From the NCBI GenBank assembly GCA_964200185.2, contig CAXNAD020000057.1, positions 1 to 34,008 of the forward strand: a stretch of 34,008 bases of DNA. The letters are read 5' to 3'. The translations under genes and the position numbers were made by a program. Of the stretch, positions 23,701 to 34,008 are shown piece by piece (the first letter of the stretch is position 1; each line of letters opens with the position of its first letter). A model generated the notes under the pieces. The model made no database searches. It worked only from the letters and a program-made list of their open reading frames with translations, and was not told the origin of the DNA. Origin of the DNA: Choristocarpus tenellus KU-1152 (taxonomy: Eukaryota; Protista; Phaeophyceae).

Positions 23701-26700
23701 TTGGACCATTGGGTATTAGATCAGTAGAGACCCATCCCTTAGAGGTGAAGGATGGGGCATTATAAGAAGCTGCCACACTTTCTGACTTGGGTGGTCCAAT
23801 TCTAGGGTTAATATATTCAAGAGCCCCTCGCTGGTGACCAGGAACAACCTTGGGGGTGGTTATGCCCCAAATGTGGGCTTTAGGAGGCATTGAAGATCTC
23901 ACGAAGGGAAACATGGGAAGGACAGGTGATGAAACAATAGCAATGCAAAAGGTTCTCTATGCTACAGGACATCTATGAGGTAATGTCAGTGGATGCCGGA
24001 GCCACCGGTGTGCAAAATCTGGTCCAAGGAGTTCCTGCAGTGATACCTTCAGGCGGAAAGTTTGTCAATTGGAAGTGTGCCAGGCAGGGCATAAGCACGG
24101 TATGTTTGTGGACTGGGTTGGGTTTGAGAAGGCGACGGAAATTAAGAAAAGATCTTTGTATATTCTGAATGGCTGGTTGTTCTTGCTATGCACAACCAAT
24201 GCATAAATAACGTCAACATTATTGATATCTGCCTTTCTTAAGCTGTAGTAGTTTGGATGTGATGTAAAAAGAGATGTAGGTTTAATGGGTCAAGTTCTGG
24301 CAGTATTTTTGTGTTCAGAAGTTACATACTATACTCCCTCTATCCCGTAAGTCTGTGACGTTAACGGTGTAACTTCTCGAGGTATCTTCTGATGATTTAT
24401 TTTTTCACATTAGATTCCTTGATTTTTTTTATGTGAAAATCATTCTAGGTCACTTTCCTTGTGCTTGTGCTCACCAATCCACCAATCCACAACCGCATCG
24501 AAAGCCCCTCTGTCAATTCTGACCGATTTTGGCAGACTTCTCTCATGCTGCCTTTTCTTAGTTCCAGTGTGCTGTACCTCGAAATTGTCACCCCCTAGCT
24601 CCTTCAAAACTTGATTGTACCACTTGAAGAGGCTTCGCCACACCCTCTCTAACGTAGCTGCGTTGTACGCACACAGTACATGCTCTATACCCCCTTATAG
24701 GTTCGTCCATTGTACTGTAACAATCCCTCCAAACTCTACTTTTTCTGGATGCAAAGTACCCCAAATCGTTGATATTGAGATCAGGTGAATGTGCAAGGTG
24801 TATTATGAGCTTGATGTTCCACCCCCCCCTCCCGCTAAGCTTCGTTGAGCTTTTGCTGCATGTCTTTTCTCATATGGAGGGTTATTCCGTCCTGATGCGC
24901 AACCACCTCATCACCCTCAAACCACAGCATTATTTCCTTCAATGAGGGGAAAAGAGTCTCCACATACCACTCCCAGTATAACTCGGCGTCAATGGTCACA
25001 TTGAAGTTATGCTGCTGCCCCCTTCTGTGGCAGGCCAAATTTCTGTGCACCTGCTTGACGATGCAAACACACCAGATTCCAATCTTGCTGTCAAAATTTC
25101 GGGAAGGATCTGGGCATGAAATGCCGCAGATGAATCACCTTGGGAATGTGACTCTTGTCCTGTACCTTGATGGAGCCCATCCTTTCCTCTCCAGGGAACA
25201 TGCGGATGCGCTCCCTGTCACGGATGAGGTAGAACCATGCTTCGTCAATATGAATCATGCTGAGGCCGCTTCTGTAATCGATGCAGTTCGTTGCTTCTTG
25301 GTCAAGGATGAAATCTACCCAGTTCTTTCAATAAGTCAGTGACAGGCTCAGGGTAATGTGCCTTTTCACCCTCGTTAACCCCATGACTTCAAGCCATTGC
25401 TGAAGCTTTGAGCTGTCGGTTACAAGACTGACTTCAGCTAGCTTGACAGAGAGCTGATTGAGGTTCGGAGTACGATTTGCAGTGTTGATCTTTCGAAAAT
25501 CGTGCTTTGTCGGTGTGAAGTCTGATGACTGCCAGCTTTGCGACACTGATTTCAGCAAAAGGATGCTGCCAATGTTCAATTGATCTCATACATGTTGCCA
25601 CAGTCGTCTCAGATTATTTTTCACCAACTCCAAAATGCTCTATCAGCTCTGGTTCACCGCCTTTCGAAAGCCATTTCTCACGGGGAGTTAGTGCTAAAGC
25701 GTAGCTTACAGTCAGTGTGTTTCGACCTTCTGTGCTCAGCTCGCAATTTTTGCCCCAGGCTGATGGGTTCCCAGCAAAAGGTGGCAAACTCACTGGAGTA
25801 GCCATATCGGCTACGGGACTCACAGTGCAGATGGTGCGGAGGTCAAGTGAGAGTCGTATGGCTAATGACAAGGTGCTGAGGTGTGTGATGATGGAGGAGT
25901 GTTACACCCGCCATTGGGTGCAGCACAGCCACTGAAAATGAGGTCGAAAGGGGTCGTTTTTCGGTTCCACTTCTTGGAACATACTCAGAACTATTTCGCA
26001 ACAAAATGCGAAAACCAAAAATCTTCCCCGAACAATTGCATCCAGATCTTCAATTTTGGTCACATAATCGGGAAAGTCTTGGTATTCGTGAAGAAAAAGT
26101 AAGAGTAAAGAGTGAAAATTCGTAACATCACAAACTTATGGGACAGAGGAGGTATTTTGCTGGAGTTAGATGAAATGAGTTCATCAGCTGCGTTTTTGCA
26201 ACACCTTGAGTGTGATCTATATAGTTGAGTGTGGCTATGTTGAACAATATTTTCAGTTGGTACGTGAGTTGACGATGATTTGATATTTTTTGCTGTTGAT
26301 CTTGCACTTGGCTCCTTTGGATGGGCAGTGTGCTGAAGGTTTGAGGGTGCTGTGGATCGATATTATATATATCAAATATGTGCTGTTACTGTTGGCATGC
26401 TAGACCATTGCACTGGACTGACTTTGCCGCCCGAGCTCTTCTCAATAAGCTATCCAAGCCATCAAGCCTGCTGAGTGGGGAGTTCTTGTGTTGGTAGACA
26501 GGTTATTGTTTATATTATTGATAATGCTCTGAAGTGTGGATTTCACGGAGGTGGGTCTTGGATATTTTCACCAGGCAGATACATGAAACCTGAAAAGTAG
26601 GATTGAAAAACTACTACAAAGCATCACAAGAGGTTGTACACTTAGAATACTCACTTGGACAAGCCATTAACGAGAGTCGCAATTAAGTTTCTGAAACACA

Positions 26701-29700
26701 TTTTCAGCAGACAGCAAGAAGGCAAACAAAGGAGAATTATTCTTATTGGTAACATACCTTTTCGTTTTCTTCAAAAAGAGGCAAGTGAGATCAAAATTGT
26801 CAAGTTTTTTTTCTGTTTTAGACTACAACAGTACTTCCTCCGTTAGGGATTTAATGTAACATAACTTTTGCAAGTTATGATCTTGCCCAAGAACAACCCA
26901 TGCAATAAACACTCTGGAAGAGGCCTAGTTCTCATAAAGATGAGAGGCTTTCAAAGTTTGAGATGGTGGGCTGTCATGATTATGGAGGATCACCAGTGCA
27001 AAGTCGACTGCGTTGCATTTCATGGGGTTCAAAAACCTGAAAATGTCAAAGCGGGAGTTTATTGGGATGCCTAGGACAAAGGCCCCCCATCATTCGAGCA
27101 GCTCACTCATACCCTTGTCACCCATTGGTCCCCATTCTTCAACCCAGAAGTCTGTCAAGGGTCAGGACTCCAACATCCCGTTGAAGAACAGCATGATGGT
27201 GCAATTCCTGGAGGCGAGAGGATGCCAGATTTGGATGTCTCGGGGGACGGCAGTGGCCATCATGGAGGACTTCAGTATTTCCTGAATCACTGTGTTCCAT
27301 CATATGAAGGAGTATAACAGCCAGATTGCATGGGGTGAATGCATGGACCTGGTATGATGTCGCAAGGAGCGATGTAGCTGCCGTACAAGTATCCTTGATG
27401 TTTGGGATGTCCCATCAGTACACTGTACATCCTTCCACAAATGGGTGGCCAAAGCTGGGGTCTCCCTTGCCTCATTGTGGGATCTGTGCAAGTGCAAGAA
27501 GGTCAAGAAGTTCAAGTGGTGGATTAAGGCAATCCTCTCAGACCAACAGAAAGTCAACAGGGTGAGTTTCGTCATCAGTCACACACACAGGAGGGGGGGA
27601 AGTGAGGTATTAGTGGACAATTTGTATGGCTGGGTGCATGTGGACAAGAAGCGGTTTTACATCCTCAAAGACAGGCAAGGTGTGTACCTAAACCCCACTG
27701 AAGACCCCTCGAAACCTCCATGGACACAGAATAGGTGTCACATTATGAAGGTGATGTTCCTTGCAGCTGTGGCTCGCCCTAGCAAGCTCTCCAGCAGGGT
27801 GTGATTCAATGGGAAATCGATACCTGGCCAATCGTGGACCCTAAGGTTGCTCAGCACTCCAGCAAACACCGCCCTAAGGACACCAAGGTGGTTTTGTGGG
27901 GTAAAATGGAAGGGGAGAGGTACAAGAAGCTCATGGTTGATGATGTCATCCCAGCAATCAAGGCCCAAATGCCTCAGCCGGAAGAACACACCATCTTCAT
28001 GCAGCAGGACAGGGCAAAGCCACACACCAAGGGGGGGATCATGGAGGCTATTGAGGAGGTGGCAGGGGACGGCTATGTCATAAAGACTCAGTCAGCCAAC
28101 TCACCTGACCTCAACGTCAACAACCTGGAATTCTTTCATTCCATCCAGCAACTGACAGAAGAAGTGGAGGTGACCAACGGAGAGGTGCTGGTGGAGGCTA
28201 CAATGGAGGTGTTCAATGTGTACCCCTGGGAGACACTAGAGCACATCTGGTAGAGCCTCTTCACAGTCGATGGTGAAGTGATAGGGCCCAAGGGTGACAT
28301 CTTCATAAGTCCCCTTCTTGGCAAGGAAAAGGCTGAGAAGGTGGGCAAGCTCTCTCCAAATGCCCTGGTGGATGCGGTGAAATACCATTCTGGAATGGAG
28401 TCTTGGAGGGCTTTGGGGGCGGAATCATAGATAGGTGTAGGTTGCCCCGTTTTGGTTGATATTTTGGTTAGCAACATTTCAGTGTCTGCACAATACACCC
28501 ATAAAATATGGACATGAGAAAAAAGATCTTGCTTCTTCATAGGGGCGGCATAAGTTATGTTACATTTAATTTCGAATGGAGGAAGTACTTTTTTGCATTA
28601 CTGTTGTGAATGTGTTGAAGCACTATGTCGTCAAATGGTGCAAATGCAAACTTAAGTAAACCTGTAGAAGGGTTATTGAACCAATGAAAATGCAACATCT
28701 CACAATGTATCGTGCAAATTTGAATTCCTCTTTTCACACAAGTGGATATAGAAATTGACATTCTCACTCAAGTCATACCTGATGGTGTAGCACCTACTCT
28801 CCCTCTCCTCCACCCTGACCTTCAACTTATCTCTTTGGATGTACTGCAGGTGTCTGTAGCGGGAGAACTCTTTTCTGCAGAGGCTAAACGGCGCAGTCTG
28901 GGGGGAATGCTCATCGAAGGATCATGCAGAGACACTGGAACCATTGCACAGGTGTGAAAGCGATTGGCATCATAATAAGAGGATTGTGACTCTGGGCTGC
29001 TCCTATTAAACAGCAGCAATAATCTCATGTCAAAAAAATCTGAGATTTCTTAATCCTTCAATGACGAAGTAGTTTGTGTTACTCGATAGATGTGTGCTCT
29101 CCACTCTTCCTACGAAACCTGATTTAGATGTTTATATGATGTGTCCTGTGAAGTAAACTACATCTCTATTGAAAAGTTTTTGTGGGATTTTTGGGAATCG
29201 AAACAGTTGTTGACCAAGTCCACACCTCCAGCCCTCTAAGACTAACCTTAATACCCTATTTCATGTTTCATCGAAGTCTGTGCAGTGATTACTGCCCTGA
29301 CAATTCACACAATTACCAACACAAACACAGAATTTGTAGTTTTCATAAGCCAACTTGTTGTAGAGCTCATCTCTGGAGATTGTCCCTGAACCTAATCCAA
29401 AGCCCAAAATTGCAGACATGAAATCCACCAAATACTTACTTGAGGAGTTTTTCGTACCTCTTCTCCCTCCACCCTGCAACCTCATCCCTTTCCCTCATCC
29501 ATTTGCCCTAAACACGCTTCCTCCCTGCACCGCCTTTTTTTCTTCTCAGAAAATTAATGGAAATATAACAAACTACTATTGTCCTTTTTTCCACTCCTTG
29601 CAAGAAAATAATTGGAAAAAAAAAAATGTTTGCAGCAACGGTATCCAGGTTCCATTGTCCCCCTTTTGACAATAGCACATTTCAGCTACCCAGCACTGGT

Positions 29701-29995
29701 TCCCTTCTTTTTTGTTGGGGAAATAGCAAAAGGTCGGGTGTGGTTTCCCAGAGGTCCCCTCACCTCTTTCCTTGCCCCACACCTCTTGTTCTCTTTTTTT
29801 TGGGGGGGGGGAAAGCTGCGGTTTCCAGTGTACAGTCGATTTGTCAACCCTATGGCTGGAAGATGCATTGAGTTGCACCGGGGTAATATGCAAGTGCCAG
29901 TCACTGTGGGGGGAGTGGAGATCAGCCCGGGGGATGTGATCTATGGAGATGACGATGGGGTGGTTATGCTTGGCAATGACCTAGACAAGATAAAG
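14684..29995 (+). CDS. Gene span (3'-partial): RraA-like / 4-hydroxy-4-methyl-2-oxoglutarate aldolase family protein
   Basis: Exons 14684-14721, 14925-14992, 15240-15357, 15641-15740, 18152-18208, 28850-28951, 29816-29995 splice in frame (phases 2,1,2,0,0,0). Family motifs in order: TPSLCDAD, KLIGRARTV, PGEVLVVD, AGELF, EGSCRD, FPVYSR, PVTVGGVEISPGDVIYGDDDGVV. No stop reached. Exons 1-2 are less certain. Confidence 0.9.
14925..14992 (+). CDS. RraA-like exon 2 (SLATRNPCIECENSLIPAIHDKC)
   Basis: CACAG acceptor; G|GTTTGT donor; phase 2-1 bridges exons 1 and 3 exactly. No family motif. Confidence 0.5.
15240..15357 (+). CDS. RraA-like exon 3 (GKSDPHW...DTPSLCDADK...AIRP)
   Basis: Pyrimidine tract then AAG acceptor; AG|GTGAGG donor. 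Confidence 0.88.
15641..15740 (+). CDS. RraA-like exon 4 (HMRGRGIKLIGRARTVKTVVSPGDIPDFRTLVE)
   Basis: AACAG acceptor; GAG|GTGAAA donor; GxAxTV motif; frame absent from the ORF track. Confidence 0.88.
15919..16885 (+). mobile_element. Internally deleted Tc1/mariner relic (element D) in RraA intron 4
   Basis: Left end TA|CTACCTCTGTTC. Frameshifted transposase N-terminus from ~16183: MKRKNMKLTERRAMIVE...DFKLV..FETNAQTIAEL*..QKDAGVVDP...GVNIDGL...ALHDNIRKMG...KVQRVR*ATRWV. No catalytic region seen; right end uncertain. Confidence 0.65.
18152..18208 (+). CDS. RraA-like exon 5 (SLMESSPGEVLVVDCGGSK)
   Basis: GATAG acceptor; AAA|GTGAGT donor; PGxVLVVD motif. Confidence 0.9.
18780..19520 (+). pseudogene. 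Fossil coding frame of unknown family
   Basis: About 190 codons (18937-19518, frame of ORF 19030) with only TGA x3 and TAA x1 internally; a further open stretch from 18782 in another frame. Confidence 0.4.
20500..24100 (-). pseudogene. Large decayed spliced gene antisense in RraA intron 5 (possible SET-like, Ulp1/C48-like and Cys-finger remnants)
   Basis: Long - strand frames broken almost only by TGA/TAG: 22023-21421 has ~200 codons with TGA x4 and TAG x1; 23700-23140 spliced over a 49-nt intron has ~170 codons with TGA x3. Pseudogene status is well supported; domain identities are weak; ends approximate. Confidence 0.6.
24334..26152 (-). mobile_element. Full-length decayed Tc1/mariner transposon (element A) with Stowaway/plant-mariner-like TIRs
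   Basis: TIRs CTCCCTCTATCCCGTAAGTCTGTGACGTTAACG and CGTAACATCACAAACTTATGGGACAGAGGAGG, with TA at 24332-33 and 26153-54. Broken transposase: MATPVSL..GKNCELSTEGR, IHIDEAWFY, HQDG, HSPDLNINDLGYF, WRSLF; second-to-third D spacing about 40 after fixing a frameshift. Confidence 0.93.
26834..28585 (+). mobile_element. Full-length decayed Tc1/mariner transposon (element B)
   Basis: TIRs CTTCCTCCGTTAGGGATTTAATGTAACATAACTT and AAGTTATGTTACATTTAATTTCGAATGGAGGAAG, with TA at 26832-33 and 28586-87. Transposase fragments WVHVDKKRFY, KVMFLAAVARP, QQDRAKPH, SPDLNVN(N)LEFF; 37-residue spacing, third Asp mutated to Asn. Confidence 0.94.
28850..28951 (+). CDS. RraA-like exon 6 (VSVAGELFSAEAKRRSLGGMLIEGSCRDTGTIAQ)
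   Basis: TGCAG acceptor; CAG|GTGTGA donor; GxxRD motif. Confidence 0.92.
29816..29995 (+). CDS. RraA-like exon 7 (LRFPVYSR...PGDVIYGDDDGVVMLGNDLDKIK)
   Basis: AAG acceptor; AAG|GTGAGT donor; hallmark PGDxxxGDxDGVV. Confidence 0.93.
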
Positions 29996-32144
29996 GTGAG
30001 TTGAGATTTTGAGGGCCTTGGAGGAGAGCAGGAGGGGGTTCAACACGGTAAACCTATGACCCAAACCATTTACGTCACATATTGCTGCAGTCCTGAGGTA
30101 TGTTTAGAATGTGTCTGGTGCTTCTATATCTCCATGTGGTTTTTAATGACATTGGAGGTCGTTCATCTTCAACCTATTGATATCTCAACCTCTCACTCTC
30201 TGTACACATCACTTTGATCACAATAATGGAGACTTTATGATATATGAGAGTTGTTACGCTCACGAAACACTTTGCAGATATTGCCATGTAGGGAAAAGAA
30301 AGAAAAATGAAGTTAAGAATACAACAAAAACGAGAATAATAGTGTGAGTGGTGTTTCTTCCAAGAAAGTCCATCAGATATGTTAGCAAAATTTGCATTGT
30401 ATTTGAAGCAAGAAGGCAAGGAAGTTACAACCGTAGTGAAATTGCTCCTAGACCGAAACTGTGACAGCGGTCAACATGCACGCTACATTTGTGAAGTTCA
30501 TTGCTTAGGCTTCTTTTTTCCTACACGACCACCAATGCGAATTTTTGAGGTGAGCATGATGCTACGTACTCTGGAAATTGGTACATTGAACCATATGTTA
30601 GCCAAGATATGTTGGGCTTTACTACCTAAAGTTGAAAAATAATACTAAGAATGGGTAGCTCACAAGTGCAAGTGACTGTAGTTCTAGTAGGGTAAACCAA
30701 AAGCAAACAAATACAAGGCAAAGCATTCTCTACTCCAAGGGCATTGCCTCAGTCCTCTGGTGATATACCTGAATTCAGACCAAGGCAAATAGGTGGGGTG
30801 GCCATCCCTTGCCATGGGAGCAATGTGTATTGAACAAGGGGGTAATGTAGTATATTTTTACGTTAGCAGCAAACGTGATACAGCAACAGAGATAGCAAAA
30901 TGTGTTAAACCTACCTCTGTGTTGGATTTGTGTATTACTTCGAAGCGAATCAAGCTGTTTTGGTTTATAGGTTTGCAGTGATGAAATTTTGGTCTAGCAG
31001 TGTGATTAGGTGGTGATATGTGATATTGAATCCATAAGTTTGACCTGTGTCCTTGCGTGTTGTTGACATGATTTCACTAATGAACCGGATGATGTTGTCT
31101 AATTGTAGAAGACTCGAATTCATTGCAGTGATGAGCGGTGAGTGACAGCCTGGAAATCCAACACAAGATGCATGAATCGTTTGATCAACTGATGTGCAAG
31201 TGGGGGAGACCTTGGTCTTGAAATAAGTTGTTATAGAAGGTAGGGGAGGATACTAACGCAAAGAACTAGACTTTCATAACCAGCAACCACTCTTAAGACT
31301 GGGGCACCATGACTTGATCAGAGCCAAAAATACCAAGATTCCCCAAGGAGGAAGTGAGAGTGAATAAGCTAATGCCAGATCCCAAATCCCCTACCTCAGA
31401 ACCATCAAAACATTTTCCGTGTGTACTGCATGGGGTTGATATCTGTGTAATCTGCTAATATTGAAAACATAGGCTCTCCTGGTCGACTGTTAGAGTTCAG
31501 GATCCCCTACCTGATTGTGACTGTACCGTCTCAATATTCTGTCCAGTCAGCATGGCTATGCAGACACTTAAACACCAAACGTATGTAGTGCTGTGGTGCA
31601 CATACACACATACTCATGGTCTTGCTTCTTTATGGTTTTGCTGTCATTACTGCACATGGCCCGGTATTTGTACCTGGCACACAACCTTCACATGCTAACG
31701 ATCACTTCGCTCAGAGTTAAAGTATCTTAGAGGGTAGGGCCGCGTCCATTCGGGGGCCGAAATCCAATGTTGCGATTTCCATGTAATTTTATCCGTCGTA
31801 TTTGTTAGGAAGTGTCAGTATCCTTGTTCCGGACAAACCTTTTCATAACATACACATATTACCTACTCCATCTGGTAGAGCCTCTTCAAAGTCGACGGTG
31901 CAGCCAAAAAGGTTGAATTGAAAAGAGTGAGGGAAGAAAGATCCCAGGCTATGATGGGGACCGACGATGGGGATGCGACTGGGAACAGGAGCAAAGAGGT
32001 TGAGGAGCTCATGGATGATTGGTGATGAGAGATTTGCTTTGGGGGAGGCACTGTTCAGGGGGGTATGTAATGTGAGAACGGGGTTTGAGGAAGGAGGGTC
32101 AGGATACAATTGCACAGAACTAGCAATTAAAGTTAACCTAGTTC

Positions 32145-32813
32145 TCAGTAAGGGCCCAGATTTGAAGAGCAAGAAGTCAACTGTGCAGCATACGGTTTGT
32201 TTAGAGGAGGGAGTGTTTCTTGGTCATGTCCCCCAAAGGCAACCCAGAGGTTCCTGGGTATAGAGGGATCAGGAGTTGCACAAAAGATAAGCTCAGAAAA
32301 GATATCAACAACAAAGCCTCTTCCGAGCCATCGGGAACCTCTAGTGACCCAGAGGAAGAGCAATGCTTAACGTAGAGCAAATGTGGTCCAACCTTCCTTG
32401 GTCAGCTTGCAGTTCTTTCCACGAGCCACCAATGCTGGGGACAACAAGCTCTGGGGGCTTGCCATGGGTGTTGTATGCATGGTGTATACAACTAGATAGG
32501 CTCCGTGTTCCCTTGTTGTTGATGCAGAGGGCTGTTGGAGAGGTACACGCTCAAGTGCGTACCAGCAGGGCAGTGAGAGGGAAGAGTGTTCTACACTGCA
32601 CCTGGACCATTAAAAAATGAGCCGAAAATTCCCCATTCTGTGTTCCATTCTTTGGGAACATTTCAAAACGGAAGTCTTTACAGAATTCTTCGAAACTTTG
32701 GTGTTGATGTAGAACATTCCAAGGAATGCAATGTAAAAATCCGTTTTTTTTTTGTCAGATGTCATCTTGAAAACCTGCAACTTCACGGCACAGACTTATG
32801 GAAAAAGAGATAG
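32145..32813 (-). mobile_element. Truncated mariner relic related to element A (element A2)
   Basis: End cacggcacagacttatggaaaaagagatag|TA resembles the element A TIR. - strand from 32465 reads MASPQSL..RGKNCKLTKEGWTT..RWLGRG versus A MATPVSL..WGKNCELSTEGRNT..KWLSKG. Left boundary uncertain. Confidence 0.7.
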
Positions 32814-32889
32814 TACAAGTCAAAGCGGTCCTCAAAATTTGCAGATATTTTCACCGGACCAGGCAACTTGCATGTCTGCTGTCAACCAT

Positions 32890-33170
32890 ATGACCGTGGT
32901 CCGCCAGTCATGGTGAAGCGGTCAATAGCCATGGACTCGGTCATGTTCGAAATTGGTTGCACATGGCCGGCCAGTGACCCTAGTCATGTTGAGTAGTGAT
33001 AACCACGGCTCAGCTATGTTCAAACTTGGTTGTACATGGTTGGCCAGCGACCCTGGTCATGTTGAGTAGTGATAACCATGGCTCAGCTATGTTCAAATTT
33101 GGTTGTACATGGCCGGCTTGCGAACCTGGTCATTTTGAGTAGTCACAGCCATAGACTCAACCGCGTTAGA
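32890..33170. repeat. 73-bp minisatellite, about 3.5-4 diverged units
   Basis: gtcat(g/t)ttgagtagt recurs at 32983, 33056 and 33129. Confidence 0.88.
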
Positions 33171-33478
33171 ACATTTTATCTATGGCTAGCCAGGTAATAT
33201 TTTTTTCTTCCGGGTTGGCTATATCATTACCAAGTCTCCCCGTTTACCATTCACTCTACTCGTATTTTGTATTCTATACTACTACTGTAAGTACTAAATG
33301 CAACATATGTTGATTATTCTATTTTTCTATTTTAGACATTATTAAGAATAAAAAATTGAGCACAAACAGTAGTTGTGTGTCTAATGCTTAGGTGGCTTGA
33401 GGTGATTTGTGACTTTTATATTGACAACATCCATAAGGGTATTTTAACACTCATTCATCAAGGGTCAAATTGTAAATT

Positions 33479-34008
33479 CTTTCTCCGTTCAGAATTTAAT
33501 ATAACATAACTTTTGCAAGCTCTGTTCTCGCCCGGGAACGACACATGTGGTAAATAAACCCTCTGGAAGAGGCCTAGTTCTCATAAAGATGAGAGGCATG
33601 CAAAGTTTGAGATGGTGGGCCTTCATGACTGTGGAGGATCACCAGTGCAAAGTCGACTGTGTTGCATTTTTTGAGGTTCAAAAACCTCATGAAATTGTCA
33701 AAGCAGGAATGCCTAGGACAAAGGCCCCCCATCATTCGAGCAGCTCACTCATACCCTCATTGCCCATCAGTCCCAATTCTTCAACCCAGAAGTCTGTCAA
33801 GGGTCAGGACTCCAACATCCTGTCGAAGAACAGCATGATGATGCAATTCCTGGAGGCGAGAGGATGCAAGACTCTGATGCCTTGGTGGACGGCAGTGGCC
33901 ATCACGGAGGACTTCAGTATTTCCTTAATCACTGTGTTCCATCATATGAAGGAGTATAACAGCCAGATTGCATGGGGTGAATGCATGGACCTGGTATGAT
34001 GTCGCAAG
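33479..34008 (+). mobile_element. Second copy of the element B family (element C), running off the right edge
   Basis: Left TIR CTTTCTCCGTTCAGAATTTAATATAACATAACTT; colinear and highly similar to 26834-27366; ORF 33547..33999 matches ORFs 26868 and 27013. Confidence 0.93.

Noticed and set aside
18600-24200. LTR or DIRS retrotransposon explanation for the fossil block
   Set aside because: No RT, RNase H, integrase or tyrosine-recombinase motifs and no LTRs found; apparent spliceosomal introns also argue against it.
30379-30642. ORF with ankyrin-like VVKLLLDRN, or a possible next RraA exon
   Set aside because: No other ankyrin consensus and no RraA C-terminal resemblance.
31879-32025. True final exon of the RraA-like gene
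   Set aside because: In phase, but it starts with TE-derived sequence and does not resemble the family C-terminus as I recall it; kept only as a cryptic-exon hypothesis.
32890-33170. CRISPR-like array
   Set aside because: Whole 73-bp units repeat with no unique spacers; eukaryotic context and no cas genes.

Overview
Eukaryotic nuclear DNA with GT-AG introns and TTAGGG-type motifs; stramenopile, probably brown-algal lineage (inference). No rRNA, tRNA or CRISPR seen. Three spliced host genes were rebuilt with consistent intron phases. (1) The 3' part of a large low-complexity protein with kinesin-light-chain/NPHP3-type TPR repeats (+, <1..7399, 6 visible exons). (2) A complete 108-aa eIF1/SUI1 gene (-, 12018..14428, 4 exons). 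(3) Head-to-head with it, 255 bp away, an RraA-like / HMG-aldolase family gene (+, 14684..>29995, 7 visible exons; last exon probably outside the window). The RraA introns contain five decayed Tc1/mariner elements with Stowaway-like TA|CTCCCTC ends. Its 10.6-kb intron 5 also holds an unexplained block of about 5.5 kb of CpG-decayed fossil genes. The main fossil gene is antisense, has ~50-nt introns unlike host introns, and carries weak SET-like, Ulp1 protease-like and PHD/ADD-like remnants; it is the best candidate for an undescribed element. Two copies of one mariner differ by reciprocal TG/CA changes, a footprint of CpG methylation. All domain calls are by-eye motif recognition; no searches were run.
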